From positions 672,001-736,000 of the forward strand of contig AP038806.1 of the NCBI GenBank assembly GCA_047150005.1: a stretch of DNA of 64,000 nt. The letters are read 5' to 3'. Source of the stretch: Nitrospira sp. (GTDB lineage Bacteria; Nitrospirota; Nitrospiria; Nitrospirales; Nitrospiraceae). A program made the translations under genes and the position numbers. The notes beneath the pieces are model-generated. The model saw only the letters and a list, made by a program, of their open reading frames with translations. It was not told the DNA's origin and did not search any database. Below are positions 49,934 to 58,719 of this stretch, in pieces. Every line of letters begins with the position of its first letter. Within the stretch, counting starts at the first letter, position 1.

Positions 49934-50605
49934 ATGCGACACAAGGTATTCATCGGCGGCTTCATCGTCGCCATCACGCTGGTCGGCTGCTCTTCCATGC
50001 AACGGGACCGAACCGGTTCCGCACCTGCGCCCACCCAGGACTGTTGCCGCTCGGCAGACGTCGCGCCCAGCCGATCGGCCATCGTCCGGACCGCCGCCAG
50101 GCTCGTCGGTGCACGCACCGTCGAAGTGAACGGCAACCGAATCAACTATGACTGCGCCGGTGTCACGCGCGCCGTGTTTCTCGAACACGGCATCGATCTC
50201 TACGAAAGTCGTGCGACAGACCGACATGCCAATGGAGTCCGGCTCATTTATAACCACATCCGGGAATTCGGTAGGGTCCACCAGGGACCGGCGGTCAGGC
50301 CCGGAGACCTGGTCTTCTTCGACAACACCTGGGACTCCAACGGCGACGGGAAAATGAACGATCCGCTCACGCACGTGGGTATCGTTGAGCGGCAGGACCG
50401 TGACGGCACCATCACCTTCATCAGCCGTGTCTCAGGAGCCGTGGAGCGCTACCACATGAACCTCGGCTTGCCGCATGTTCACCGCGCCGGAGACGGGACA
50501 ATTCTCAACGATCATCTCCGGCGCAAGGATACCGGCGTCGCAGACCGGGCCGGATATCTGACCGGCGAACTGTTCGCCGGATTCGGCACCAGAACCGGGC
50601 TTTAG
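49934..50605 (+). CDS. NlpC/P60 family lipoprotein
   Basis: Lipobox LVGC; YDCAG; PGDLVFFD; THVGIV. Confidence 0.85.
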   Translation: MRHKVFIGGFIVAITLVGCSSMQRDRTGSAPAPTQDCCRSADVAPSRSAIVRTAARLVGARTVEVNGNRINYDCAGVTRAVFLEHGIDLYESRATDRHANGVRLIYNHIREFGRVHQGPAVRPGDLVFFDNTWDSNGDGKMNDPLTHVGIVERQDRDGTITFISRVSGAVERYHMNLGLPHVHRAGDGTILNDHLRRKDTGVADRAGYLTGELFAGFGTRTGL

Positions 50606-50802
50606 CCGCCCGCCAAAGCGCTGCTTGGCCAACGCCGGCCCCCGGTGCGTGGCCGCCATTCTTGGTTCTCTGTTCGCCCCCGTGCAGACCAACGCTGGCG
50701 TCATGGCCGGCGCGCGCTATACTTAGACCATACGTCCGGTGCTCATCCGTACCTATCTGCCGCACGAACGCGGTGATCCGGGACTCAATCCAAGGAGGGA
50801 GT

Positions 50803-50967
50803 ATGGCGAAGACCGCGGCCTATTGCAGCGATTGTTACAACAAGGTAGGACGGACGGAGGATGTGCAGGTCCAGGCAGCAGAAAAGTCGGGACAGGTTCC
50901 GATGACCGGCCAAGGAACCTGCTGCAAATGCAGCAAGGCCACCGTCGTCGTGTATTACGAGAGCTAA
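50803..50967 (+). CDS. Small Cys-rich (CxxC...CCxC) putative metal-binding protein, 54 aa
   Basis: Strong RBS AAGGAGG; YCSDC...TCCKC. Confidence 0.65.
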   Translation: MAKTAAYCSDCYNKVGRTEDVQVQAAEKSGQVPMTGQGTCCKCSKATVVVYYES

Positions 50968-50981
50968 GGGGACTACGCCTG

Positions 50982-51311
50982 CTAGGCGTGTCCGCTGCCT
51001 TCAGCCTCTTCAAATTCGTCGAGCAGTTGCTCTAACTCGTCGAGTTCTTTCTGATCGACATGCTGAAATTCGACGCCGAACTGGTTCGGCTCAACCCAGC
51101 GAACCAGCGCCTCCGGAATCGAAACCGGCTCTTCAACCCCCGGAATCAGCAGGCGGATCACGATCATTTTTCCCGGATGGACATCCAGGCTGCTTTCGAT
51201 CTTTGCGCCTCCGAGCGACAGATCCACGGTCGTACCCTCGACCTCGTGTGAGTTGCCGCACAGCAGTCCCTTGATTTGAGCCGGTACACGCCGATACTTT
51301 CTGCGTTCCAT
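50982..51311 (-). CDS. PilZ domain protein
   Basis: ERRKYRR (RxxxR) and DLSLGG (DxSxxG); FGVEF. Confidence 0.9.
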   Translation of the reverse strand: MERRKYRRVPAQIKGLLCGNSHEVEGTTVDLSLGGAKIESSLDVHPGKMIVIRLLIPGVEEPVSIPEALVRWVEPNQFGVEFQHVDQKELDELEQLLDEFEEAEGSGHA

Positions 51312-51469
51312 GAAACCCGCCCCTCGCTGCCGGATCCCATCGGCGGAACCGTCACCGCTCCGATGACGTCGGCAGCATACTCGCTTTCCGCGCCGAAATC
51401 ATCCGAACAGGACCGGCACACCCCTGGCGCAACATCTGCGCAATTTTCAGAGCCTGCTACACTTGTGAC

Positions 51470-51901
51470 ATGGCCCTCTCATCGCACACGACTGCACTCG
51501 TTCCGGTCGATCCCCGCAGGCGCATGTTGCTGATGATTCGCGAACAGCTCCTGAGCCTTCACGGCGCGCTGATTGTCACCGAACAATCGACGTATGAAGG
51601 CGTCATCGGCCCCGTGGGATCGGTTGAAACGCTCCTGGATTTGCTGCAATGCAATCCCTGGTTCACCTGGCTGCACCCCATTTCCGATCTCCTGGTGCGG
51701 ATCGACCATCTACTCGATGACGACACATTCGAGATCAGCGACGAAAATCTCGCCCATCTGCTTGGAGAACTTGAGAAGATGCTCCGGCCGTCGATCGCGG
51801 GAGACGGCTTCGCGCGCGCCTACTTTGAAGCGCTGCAGCGGGCTCCCGACGTCGTCCTCGCTCACTTTCGTCTGAAGCGCCTGCTCCCGGAAACGGCGTA
51901 A
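51470..51901 (+). CDS. Hypothetical helical protein (paralog A)
   Basis: Shares MALSSH, LHxALI..EQ.TYE, PWFTWLHP.S, EALQRAPDV with the downstream ORF. Confidence 0.7.
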   Translation: MALSSHTTALVPVDPRRRMLLMIREQLLSLHGALIVTEQSTYEGVIGPVGSVETLLDLLQCNPWFTWLHPISDLLVRIDHLLDDDTFEISDENLAHLLGELEKMLRPSIAGDGFARAYFEALQRAPDVVLAHFRLKRLLPETA

Positions 51902-51993
51902 GCCCTGCCGAAGCCGTTTCACTGGCTTCACGACTCGCCGCGAGGTCGAACGGAACACCCGGCATTTTTTTCACGACCTGTTAGAATAGACCT

Positions 51994-52425
51994 ATGGCCC
52001 TGTCGTCACATCAACGGGCAATACCTTCGGCGATGGTCCACCGGCAAGTCCTGCGCGACGTCCGCCGCGGATTGTTGGGACTGCACAAGGCGCTGATCAT
52101 CGCGGAGCAGCTGACGTACGAGCGGATCAACGGCAGGGTCGCGTCAACCGGCCAACTACTGCAACTCGTCTTGAACGATCCCTGGTTTACCTGGCTGCAT
52201 CCCCTCTCCCAACTGGTCATTCGTGTGGACGAACTACTTGACGGAGAGACCGAGCTCACCTCGGTCGAAGTGGAAGAACTCCTCTCGGAAGTCCGGAGGC
52301 TGACCCGGCCATCTGAAGAGGGCGATGGATTTGAACGGAGTTACTACGAAGCGCTGCAGCGGGCTCCCGACGTCATCTTCGCGCACGTCGAAGTGAAAAA
52401 ACTGCTGACCAAGGCCGCGGCCTAG
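51994..52425 (+). CDS. Hypothetical helical protein (paralog B)
   Basis: Same length (143 aa) and same motifs as paralog A. Confidence 0.75.
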   Translation: MALSSHQRAIPSAMVHRQVLRDVRRGLLGLHKALIIAEQLTYERINGRVASTGQLLQLVLNDPWFTWLHPLSQLVIRVDELLDGETELTSVEVEELLSEVRRLTRPSEEGDGFERSYYEALQRAPDVIFAHVEVKKLLTKAAA

Positions 52426-52455
52426 CGTATCTCCTCAAACTATTCCCAACGCCCT

Positions 52456-52767
52456 CTAAATAATCTGCGTACAGGGCCACGCAAACACGCGAAGAGCCGG
52501 TTTCTTCCAACCGGGATGCTTCGCCGCCTCCTCACACCAGACTGCGACCGAGTTTGTGACACGCGTCACGTGATCGTCGTCGAGCGACACCAGAATGACG
52601 GTGTTCGTTCCCGGATAGAACGACAGTCCGTCGGCCGGGCCGGTCTGGCCGTAACCGATCGTCTGGTTGACTTCGGTGAAGGCCCGAACGTCGCACTTGT
52701 GAAGCAGCTCGTGGACTCGTTCTTTGAGAGAGGAACGAAAGACCACCATCAGCATCTGCATAGGCAT
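52456..52767 (-). CDS. PII-like small protein
   Basis: 103 aa, beta-alpha-beta pattern, AFT....GYG.TG loop, PG.N.VI; RBS GGAGG. Confidence 0.6.
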   Translation of the reverse strand: MPMQMLMVVFRSSLKERVHELLHKCDVRAFTEVNQTIGYGQTGPADGLSFYPGTNTVILVSLDDDHVTRVTNSVAVWCEEAAKHPGWKKPALRVFAWPCTQII

Positions 52768-52832
52768 TCCTCCGAATGTGGGCCGTCCGTCCCGGCAGGC
52801 GATATCGACAAACGCGAGGGATCATAATGACT

Positions 52833-53987
52833 TCAACCTGGAGAATCAACGCGGTGGAGTACTGACAAAGGTGCCTCCGCGAAGCGCTCTCGCTGCAACC
52901 ACCAGTGAACCGCGACCAAACATTCCAACCCAAATGGGAGATAGCCCGTGAAGCCGAGCAGCGGCATCTCGAATATCTGGAACCGATGCACGAACGGCAC
53001 GGCGTACTGCCACTTCGCCAGACTGCCCCAGTTCCACAGCTCCCACCACATCCCACAGATCAACGCCGCCAGTCCGTAGAGCCACAGCAACCGCCAGTCG
53101 CCCTGTGCCACCGGCGAGACGATCGTGGGCCCGCCCTGAAGTGTTTGCATCGAAACCAACAACAACAAAGGAGCGACCCAGACCGACGCGAACAGATAGT
53201 CCGGCCAGAGCCCTACACACAGCAGGCAGGCGCAGGACAAGGCCAGTCCGGACCAGGCAAGAGATCCCGTATACCGGACCGGAATCGCCCAGAACCGTTC
53301 CAGCCCGGCGGTCAGACGAGGAAACAACGCCAGCAGATCGGCCGTACAGACAACCGCGGGAAGCACGGTTGAAAACGCCACGGTGCCGCGCAGCACATAG
53401 CTCAGCGGCGACGGGTCATCGACCCCGACGTAATACCAGTTCTGCACGAATCGATTGAGGTACTCAAAGATCCACCAGAATCCGGCGCTGAGCGGAAACA
53501 GCGCAAGCAGGAATCGGGGATGCTCCAGCATCAGACAGCGACCGGTTCTGGAGGACGTCCACGCATTGATCGTGACGACGTAGCCGAGCCAGAGCGGGGT
53601 GAACGTGTGCTCCTGGACCGGCGCCATCCATGTGAATCTCGTCCAGGCAAGCACCCACCAAATGATGGTCCACGCGACGCCCGCCCATCCCCACCAAGGG
53701 AAACCCGAGTGCTGCGTGCTGAGTGCTGAGCGCTGAGGTGTGGACGTCGATCGCTCAGGGTAAAGGTTTGAAGCGAGGATTCGGTGCAAGGGCGGACCGA
53801 CGGTCAGGGCGGTCAACAACGCGACGGCGAGAAACACCGTCCAGGAGAACGGGGCATGCACTGCGTGAGTGGTACGAGGAGGGAACTCCAGATACGGCCA
53901 CAGGGGTTGAGCGGCAATCCAGAGCCCCAGCAGCGGGAGACCGAGCAACAGCGCCATCACAACCGGAATCATGCCGGTTCTGCGCAT
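52833..53987 (-). CDS. Hypothetical polytopic membrane protein
   Basis: Many TM segments; FEYLNRFVQNWYY, WELWNW...KW.Y, FEMPLLG..GY.PF. Confidence 0.7.
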   Translation of the reverse strand: MRRTGMIPVVMALLLGLPLLGLWIAAQPLWPYLEFPPRTTHAVHAPFSWTVFLAVALLTALTVGPPLHRILASNLYPERSTSTPQRSALSTQHSGFPWWGWAGVAWTIIWWVLAWTRFTWMAPVQEHTFTPLWLGYVVTINAWTSSRTGRCLMLEHPRFLLALFPLSAGFWWIFEYLNRFVQNWYYVGVDDPSPLSYVLRGTVAFSTVLPAVVCTADLLALFPRLTAGLERFWAIPVRYTGSLAWSGLALSCACLLCVGLWPDYLFASVWVAPLLLLVSMQTLQGGPTIVSPVAQGDWRLLWLYGLAALICGMWWELWNWGSLAKWQYAVPFVHRFQIFEMPLLGFTGYLPFGLECLVAVHWWLQRERFAEAPLSVLHRVDSPG

Positions 53988-53997
53988 GCCGTCGCCT

Positions 53998-54438
53998 TTA
54001 CATCCGTTCCTCGTCGAGTTCGATGACATCCGCCCAGGTGGACACTGACGGTAGCGCGCTGACCGCCACGCCCCGCTTCGCGGCGACTTCCTTCAGCCGG
54101 TTCTGAAACCGCTGGCGCGTCGCGTCATCCTTCGGTCCTGAAGCGAGCAAGCCCCGGCTCCACTGAACGACTTCATCCTGCGTCAGGTCTTTTTTCCCGT
54201 GCACGGCAACCCAGGCGAGCAACTCTTCGTCGGTCCCACCGGCTAGCGCCCGCTGTTCGAACGCCTTGGCGTCGATGCCGAGAAAGTCGATCAGGTGCTT
54301 GTCGAATCCGACCGTGATGTAATTGTAGTCCTGAATCAGGCCGGCATTGCGAAGACGGATCTTGTCGATAAACCGCCCCAGATGCGCGATGCCGCCGAGA
54401 AGAGATTTGGGACTACGGGGATACTGGCGTTGCGTCAT
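53998..54438 (-). CDS. DUF5069-like protein
   Basis: PRSPK..LGG..HL.R.IDK.R...AG...DY...FD....FLGI pattern. Start moved to 54438 (GGAGG RBS). Confidence 0.7.
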   Translation of the reverse strand: MTQRQYPRSPKSLLGGIAHLGRFIDKIRLRNAGLIQDYNYITVGFDKHLIDFLGIDAKAFEQRALAGGTDEELLAWVAVHGKKDLTQDEVVQWSRGLLASGPKDDATRQRFQNRLKEVAAKRGVAVSALPSVSTWADVIELDEERM

Positions 54439-54573
54439 CGTGAGTGCCTCCGTTGGTGAAACCAGCGGCACGATACAGAACGACGACGAGGCCTGTCGAG
54501 GGCCGAATGGACCTACTGGAGAACGTCCTAAAGTGATCTTGCGAATGTCGTTCGAGCGAGTCCGGTCGCGACA

Positions 54574-54704
54574 AACAGCCCCACCGTGCTCACTCCACCC
54601 ATCCCCCAGCGGGTCCCTTCCGTTCCGCGTGCACGGTGAAAGCCGCGTCTTGGCGCGGCGGGGTGGGAGGGTGAGAAAACCGCCCCGTTCGCCACGCCAC
54701 CTGC
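54574..54704 (+). repeat. Dispersed intergenic repeat of about 130 bp, copy 1
   Basis: Highly similar to the reverse complement of 57294-57427 (shared CCGTGCTCACTCCACCCATCCCCCAG, GGGAGGGTGAGAA, CGCCCCGTTCGCC). Confidence 0.85.
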
Positions 54705-54755
54705 TACACAGCAATTGCCGTTCGCTTTCACACCCTACCAGTGTCTCAAGCTCTC

Positions 54756-54859
54756 CGTTCCTCCGGCAAGGTCGCTCGGAAGCAGACCAACGTACGCAGA
54801 CCACCCTTTGTTGGAGATTCACTGTTTGGTATTGCTTCTTCGAAATTCAGAATGTCCCC
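54756..54859 (+). repeat. Diverged direct repeat of about 105 bp, copy 1
   Basis: Blocks CGTTCCTCCGGCAAG, GTTGGAGAT, TGGTAT and AATTCAGAATGTCCCC recur in order at 55704-55810. Confidence 0.75.
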
Positions 54860-54944
54860 GCTTTTCTGTTCACGGCGCCCATGCATGCGTCGGATGGAAG
54901 AAGAGGGTCAGGCTTTGCTATGTTCACGGGGGGAGCCCCAGGAC

Positions 54945-55421
54945 ATGCCGCCTATTATTCAAATCAGGCCAGCAATTGAAGCTGACTTCGACGCTCTGCT
55001 CAAGATTCAGCAAGCCGCGTTCGGCGAATACGCCGATCTCTACGAAGTGAGTGCATGGACGACGGAGACGCTCGACAGCCTCAAGCAGGACGCCAAAGAG
55101 AAACGCATCCTCGTGGCAGAAGCAGAGGGAGCCATCATCGGGTCCGTGCGGTTCTGGGTGGTGGCCGGGGTATGCGTGATCCGGTTATTATCCGTAAGTC
55201 CTGCCCACCAACGTCAGGGGGTGGGGAAAGCGCTAGTCACTGAGATCGAGCGGGTTACGGCCAATGCCCATAAGGTCTATGCCTGCACCATGCTGCGCAC
55301 GGCAAGGAACATCCAGTTTTTCCTGAGTCTCGGTTATAAGGCGGAAACCGTGCTGCCGAATCACTACAACCATCTGGATCTTCTTTGCTTCGCCAAATAC
55401 CGTGAATCGACTATGCAGTGA
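54945..55421 (+). CDS. GNAT family N-acetyltransferase
   Basis: IRPA..AD; LSVSPAHQRQGVGKAL (motif A); FFLSLGY. Confidence 0.85.
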   Translation: MPPIIQIRPAIEADFDALLKIQQAAFGEYADLYEVSAWTTETLDSLKQDAKEKRILVAEAEGAIIGSVRFWVVAGVCVIRLLSVSPAHQRQGVGKALVTEIERVTANAHKVYACTMLRTARNIQFFLSLGYKAETVLPNHYNHLDLLCFAKYRESTMQ

Positions 55422-55703
55422 CGGGTAGCCTGATCTCGTAAGCGAAGTCCACGGGCACCTCGCTTTTCCTTTTTTTTGCGCCCTTCTGACTCACGTACTC
55501 TTCTCGTCATAAGGATCGACAGGAACTGCACCTTCTTCCTGAGGTGGGCCAAATGGTGTCTGGAACCGATTAACACTTCAAATGAGTGTGCCAGGGCTCA
55601 GAGCATCTTTGCCGGAGAAACGAGGACCCACCGAAGCAATCCATCGTTCCCAGCACCTTTACCTTGTCCAGCTATTGTCTCGGCCATGCCTCTGGCCGCT
55701 CCT

Positions 55704-55810
55704 CGTTCCTCCGGCAAGATAGCACGGAGCAGGCCAGCACCTACAGAGAACTACTCGTTGGAGATCCGCTCTATGGTATGGCTTCCTTCCGTGGAATTCA
55801 GAATGTCCCC
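55704..55810 (+). repeat. Diverged direct repeat of about 105 bp, copy 2
   Basis: Matches 54756-54859; ends in an identical 16-mer AATTCAGAATGTCCCC. Confidence 0.75.
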
Positions 55811-55812
55811 AT

Positions 55813-56223
55813 TTATTCCACAGGTGGACGCATTCGGTAATTCGGCGCAGTAACATTCTTCAGCATCTCTCGGTAGAAATCAGTGAGAGGGATTGGGTGC
55901 AAGAAGGGTTCGCCAGTATTGGCGTCTTGTAATAATTCGGCAATTCCAGACCATTCGTATCGTCTGCGATCGGACGCCCGGTGATAGACAATATCGACCG
56001 CCAGGATCATAGACAGGACTTTATGATTCATCTGAGGTATATGTTCGGTCACATCCTTATGCTCCAAGAAACGCTTTAACGATTCCTTTGAGTCTTTGGT
56101 GTAGCGACCATTAGGATCAATGCTATTGATTGTCCACCACACGTTGGCATTGCCTATTGACGGAAACCCTTCAAAGGATAGCCATGGATGAGAGTAACCT
56201 TTCATGAGAAACAAGCATCTCAA
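55813..56223 (-). CDS. AT-rich hypothetical protein, possibly 5'-truncated by IS5
   Basis: 136-aa ORF with atypical composition; the frame stays open up to the IS CTAG junction. Confidence 0.45.
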   Translation of the reverse strand: MRCLFLMKGYSHPWLSFEGFPSIGNANVWWTINSIDPNGRYTKDSKESLKRFLEHKDVTEHIPQMNHKVLSMILAVDIVYHRASDRRRYEWSGIAELLQDANTGEPFLHPIPLTDFYREMLKNVTAPNYRMRPPVE

Positions 56224-56267
56224 ATTGACTGCCGCATCAACGACTGGCTGTACACCGGAATTGACTA

Positions 56268-57101
56268 GAACCTATCTCAAAATTGCTTTAGGAGCATGGT
56301 AATCGATGCGAGCTGCACAAACCCCAGGAAGTTTGAGGCGTAATATTCCCAACGTACGAGTAACCGCCGCTTCCATTGGAGCCACGCAAAGAACCGTTCG
56401 ACGAGCCAGCGGCGTTGGTACCGGCGCAAGTGGCGCCCGTCCTGGGTCTTGAGTTTGCGGGTGGACCGGTGCGGCGCGATCAGGTTCACGCCGCCTTGCT
56501 TGAGGTCGTCATCGAGCCCATCGCTGTCATAGGCCCGATCGCCGATGAGATGCTCGGGCTTGGCCTCCAGCATGTAGAAGTCGAAACTGAGTTGGACCAA
56601 TGTGACCTCATGATGATTGGCCGCGTGCGTACTGACCGAGAGCGGCAACCCATGACGATCCACAATCGCCAGGATCTTCACGCCTTTGCCGCGTTTCGTG
56701 AGCCCCACCGCGTCGCCCCCGCCCTTGGCGGCCGCGAACGTCGCGTCGATGAAACTCTCGCGCTCGTCGATGGCGCCCTCGTCGCGCAGCGTATTCGCCA
56801 ACTGCGTGAGAATCTCGCGCAGCACCTCGCGTTCGCACCACTGCTGAAATCGGCGATGAACCGTTTTGTAGTTGGGATAGCACTGCGGCAGCATGTGCCA
56901 CTGCGCCCCGGTGTTCAGAATCCACAGCACGGCCTCCAAGACCGCGCGGGCGGGCACGGGTTTGCGGCCGGGCCGGCCTTCGGGAATGTGTTCCTCGGGA
57001 AAATGTTCCCGAATCCGCTCCCATTGGTCGTCGCGCAGGCGCAACATGCGGGCGCATTATAGGCACTTTTCTGATGAGCACAACCATTTTGAGATAGGTT
57101 C
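56268..57101 (-). mobile_element. IS5-family insertion sequence (IS427-like ends)
   Basis: Perfect IR GAACCTATCTCAAAAT at both ends, with CTAG/TA at both junctions (56265-56268, 57101-57104). Confidence 0.92.
56277..57047 (-). CDS. IS5-family transposase
   Basis: L.DDQWERI, TGAQW..LP, TVHRRF..W, IDAT, GDRAYD, Y.RRW.VERFF. Confidence 0.95.
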   Translation of the reverse strand: MLRLRDDQWERIREHFPEEHIPEGRPGRKPVPARAVLEAVLWILNTGAQWHMLPQCYPNYKTVHRRFQQWCEREVLREILTQLANTLRDEGAIDERESFIDATFAAAKGGGDAVGLTKRGKGVKILAIVDRHGLPLSVSTHAANHHEVTLVQLSFDFYMLEAKPEHLIGDRAYDSDGLDDDLKQGGVNLIAPHRSTRKLKTQDGRHLRRYQRRWLVERFFAWLQWKRRLLVRWEYYASNFLGFVQLASITMLLKQF

Positions 57102-57103
57102 TA

Positions 57104-57262
57104 GAACCTATCTCAAAATCGATTTTTGATAGGATTCGGTCTCTGCATCGCTGACATGTACATGAAAAAGTCGTCACATCGCCTGACAAACACGGGTGCC
57201 TCCTTGAGCTTCGTGCAGTTGACTCCCTTCGAAATGCTAATTTTCAATTTTGAGATAGGTTC
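57104..57262. mobile_element. 159-bp MITE with the same IRs as the adjacent IS5
   Basis: GAACCTATCTCAAAAT ... ATTTTGAGATAGGTTC, flanked by CTAG; no transposase inside. Confidence 0.85.
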
Positions 57263-57293
57263 TAGACAATTACAATACAGCTGCGCGAGTACC

Positions 57294-57427
57294 GCGGGTG
57301 GCGCGGCGAACGGGGCGAACTTCTCACCCTCCCTACCCTAGCCGCGCCTGGACGCGGCTTTGCACCAAGCGCGCGGAACGAAAGGGACCCACTGGGGGAT
57401 GGGTGGAGTGAGCACGGCGGGGCTGTT
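57294..57427 (-). repeat. Dispersed intergenic repeat of about 130 bp, copy 2 (inverted)
   Basis: Reverse complement of 54574-54704 with scattered substitutions. Confidence 0.85.
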
Positions 57428-57498
57428 CGCCGTGACAGGACCCGCACCCTTACTTCACTGATGCTTAGAGGGCTTTCTCGCTAACGAGGGAGAAGAAC

Positions 57499-57533
57499 GG
57501 GGACAGACACCGGCGAGGCCGGAGCCAGTCCCC
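57499..57533. repeat. REP-like hairpin GGGGAC...GTCCCC
   Basis: GGGGACAGACACCGG-CGAGG-CCGGAGCCAGTCCCC directly after the stop of the gltD fragment. Confidence 0.55.
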
Positions 57534-57773
57534 TACTTCACTGCTTGCTTTGCGGATTTTCCAGAGAAGAGATACTTGTCGATGCCGGGGGCCATCTTGC
57601 GGCCTTCGGCGATGGCCCAGACGATGCGCGACGCACGGCGATTGGTATCGCCGCCGGCAAAGACGCCGTCGAGGTTGGTCATGAAGTTGTCATCCACCGC
57701 GACCGCCCCGCGTGCGTCGTAGGTCACACCCAAACTGTCGAGCAGCCCGTTCTTCACCGGGCCGGTGAACCCC
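57533..57773 (-). pseudogene. gltD: Duplicated 3' fragment of gltD (about 80 codons)
   Basis: GFTGPVKNGLLDSLGVTYD.RGAV.VDDNFMTNL.GVFAGGDT...IVWAIAEGRKMA.GID nearly identical to the gltD C-terminus; no 5' part. Confidence 0.9.
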
Positions 57774-57865
57774 AGGCGAAAACGAAAGCACAAGGCCGGA
57801 CATCTTTCAAAAAGCTCGAGCAGCCAGCCCCCGTCAACAAACTGATCGCTTGGATAAACCGACTA

Positions 57866-58513
57866 CTACTTCCCCTTCCTTGTCTTCGAGGCTTTCCGGC
57901 TTGCCGTCGCCTTCCGAGACTTCAACAATCTCGCGATGTCTTTCCAAAGCTCAGGCATGTCGAGTGCACGGGCAAATGCTTGCACATGAGTGCGAATCCG
58001 CCCAACGTCCAAGCCGGAGTTTGCTCGTACGACGGCTTGAATGTCCTGGATGTCCTGAGGTCGATGGGCGACCGCCTTCATAATGATGAGATCTTCCGGT
58101 GTGACCAGGGGGAATTCCAGATCCTCCATTACAACAAGCCTCGCACGTTCTACTGCTTCGGAATCAAACGGTAAACGGCTAATGGTGAGATCCACGCCCA
58201 CTCCACTGACCGCGTGCTCCAACAGCAGCACGGCAGAGCGTTTGGCAAAAGCTACGGCGTTCGGAATTCTTGGTCTGAACCCTTGCGAGGATGCCATCCC
58301 GAGAAAACGGTCGAGCATTCGCTCATCGATTCGAAGCAGAGCATCGATATCCTCCGTTGCCCTTGCCTGTCCCTGCAAGCTCGCAGCAACGCCGCCGATG
58401 ATGGCACCGGGCACACGAGACACATTTAGGAGAGCAACGAGTGCGTGAAGGGCGGGAAGAAGCGAGACAAGGGAAGGATTCTTTATGGGCGGGTCTCCTG
58501 CAGGCGAAGCCAC
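57866..58513 (-). CDS. Nucleotidyltransferase (AbiEii/DUF6036-like superfamily), putative toxin
   Basis: IIGGVAASLQGQARATEDID; VDL; TPEDLIIMKAVAHRPQDIQDI. Confidence 0.8.
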   Translation of the reverse strand: MASPAGDPPIKNPSLVSLLPALHALVALLNVSRVPGAIIGGVAASLQGQARATEDIDALLRIDERMLDRFLGMASSQGFRPRIPNAVAFAKRSAVLLLEHAVSGVGVDLTISRLPFDSEAVERARLVVMEDLEFPLVTPEDLIIMKAVAHRPQDIQDIQAVVRANSGLDVGRIRTHVQAFARALDMPELWKDIARLLKSRKATASRKASKTRKGK

Positions 58514-58719
58514 CGTTGTCTCACCTCATCTAGAGTGTTTTCTTTGGCAGCTCGCAATTTCTTCGCGAATCCCAACCCCACAGCCATTCGGTATGCGGCA
58601 TCCATCTGCTTGAACTTCTTGTGCACAGAGGTTGTGCGAAGTTCCATGTCCAAGGCCTCAGTGACCAGTTGCCAGCGATTCACGTAATCTCGTGCGGCTT
58701 TCTTCGTGATCTTTCTCAT
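58483..58719 (-). CDS. Small helical protein (78 aa), putative partner/antitoxin
   Basis: ATG overlaps the gltD stop (ATGA); overlaps the start of the NTase; RW..V...E...VRQRWLRL. Confidence 0.65.
   Translation of the reverse strand: MRKITKKAARDYVNRWQLVTEALDMELRTTSVHKKFKQMDAAYRMAVGLGFAKKLRAAKENTLDEVRQRWLRLQETRP

Noticed and set aside
54439..54944. N-terminal extensions of the DUF5069 and GNAT ORFs
   Set aside because: They are read-through of intergenic repeats; downstream ATGs with RBS-like sequences fit the domain starts.
55422..55703. Possible gene remnant between the GNAT and the direct repeat
   Set aside because: The frames I translated gave only short ORFs without recognisable motifs, so a call cannot be supported.
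56265..57265. Repeated GAACCTATCTCAAAA units as a CRISPR array
   Set aside because: The copies alternate in orientation, spacing is irregular, they are IS terminal repeats, and no cas genes are present.
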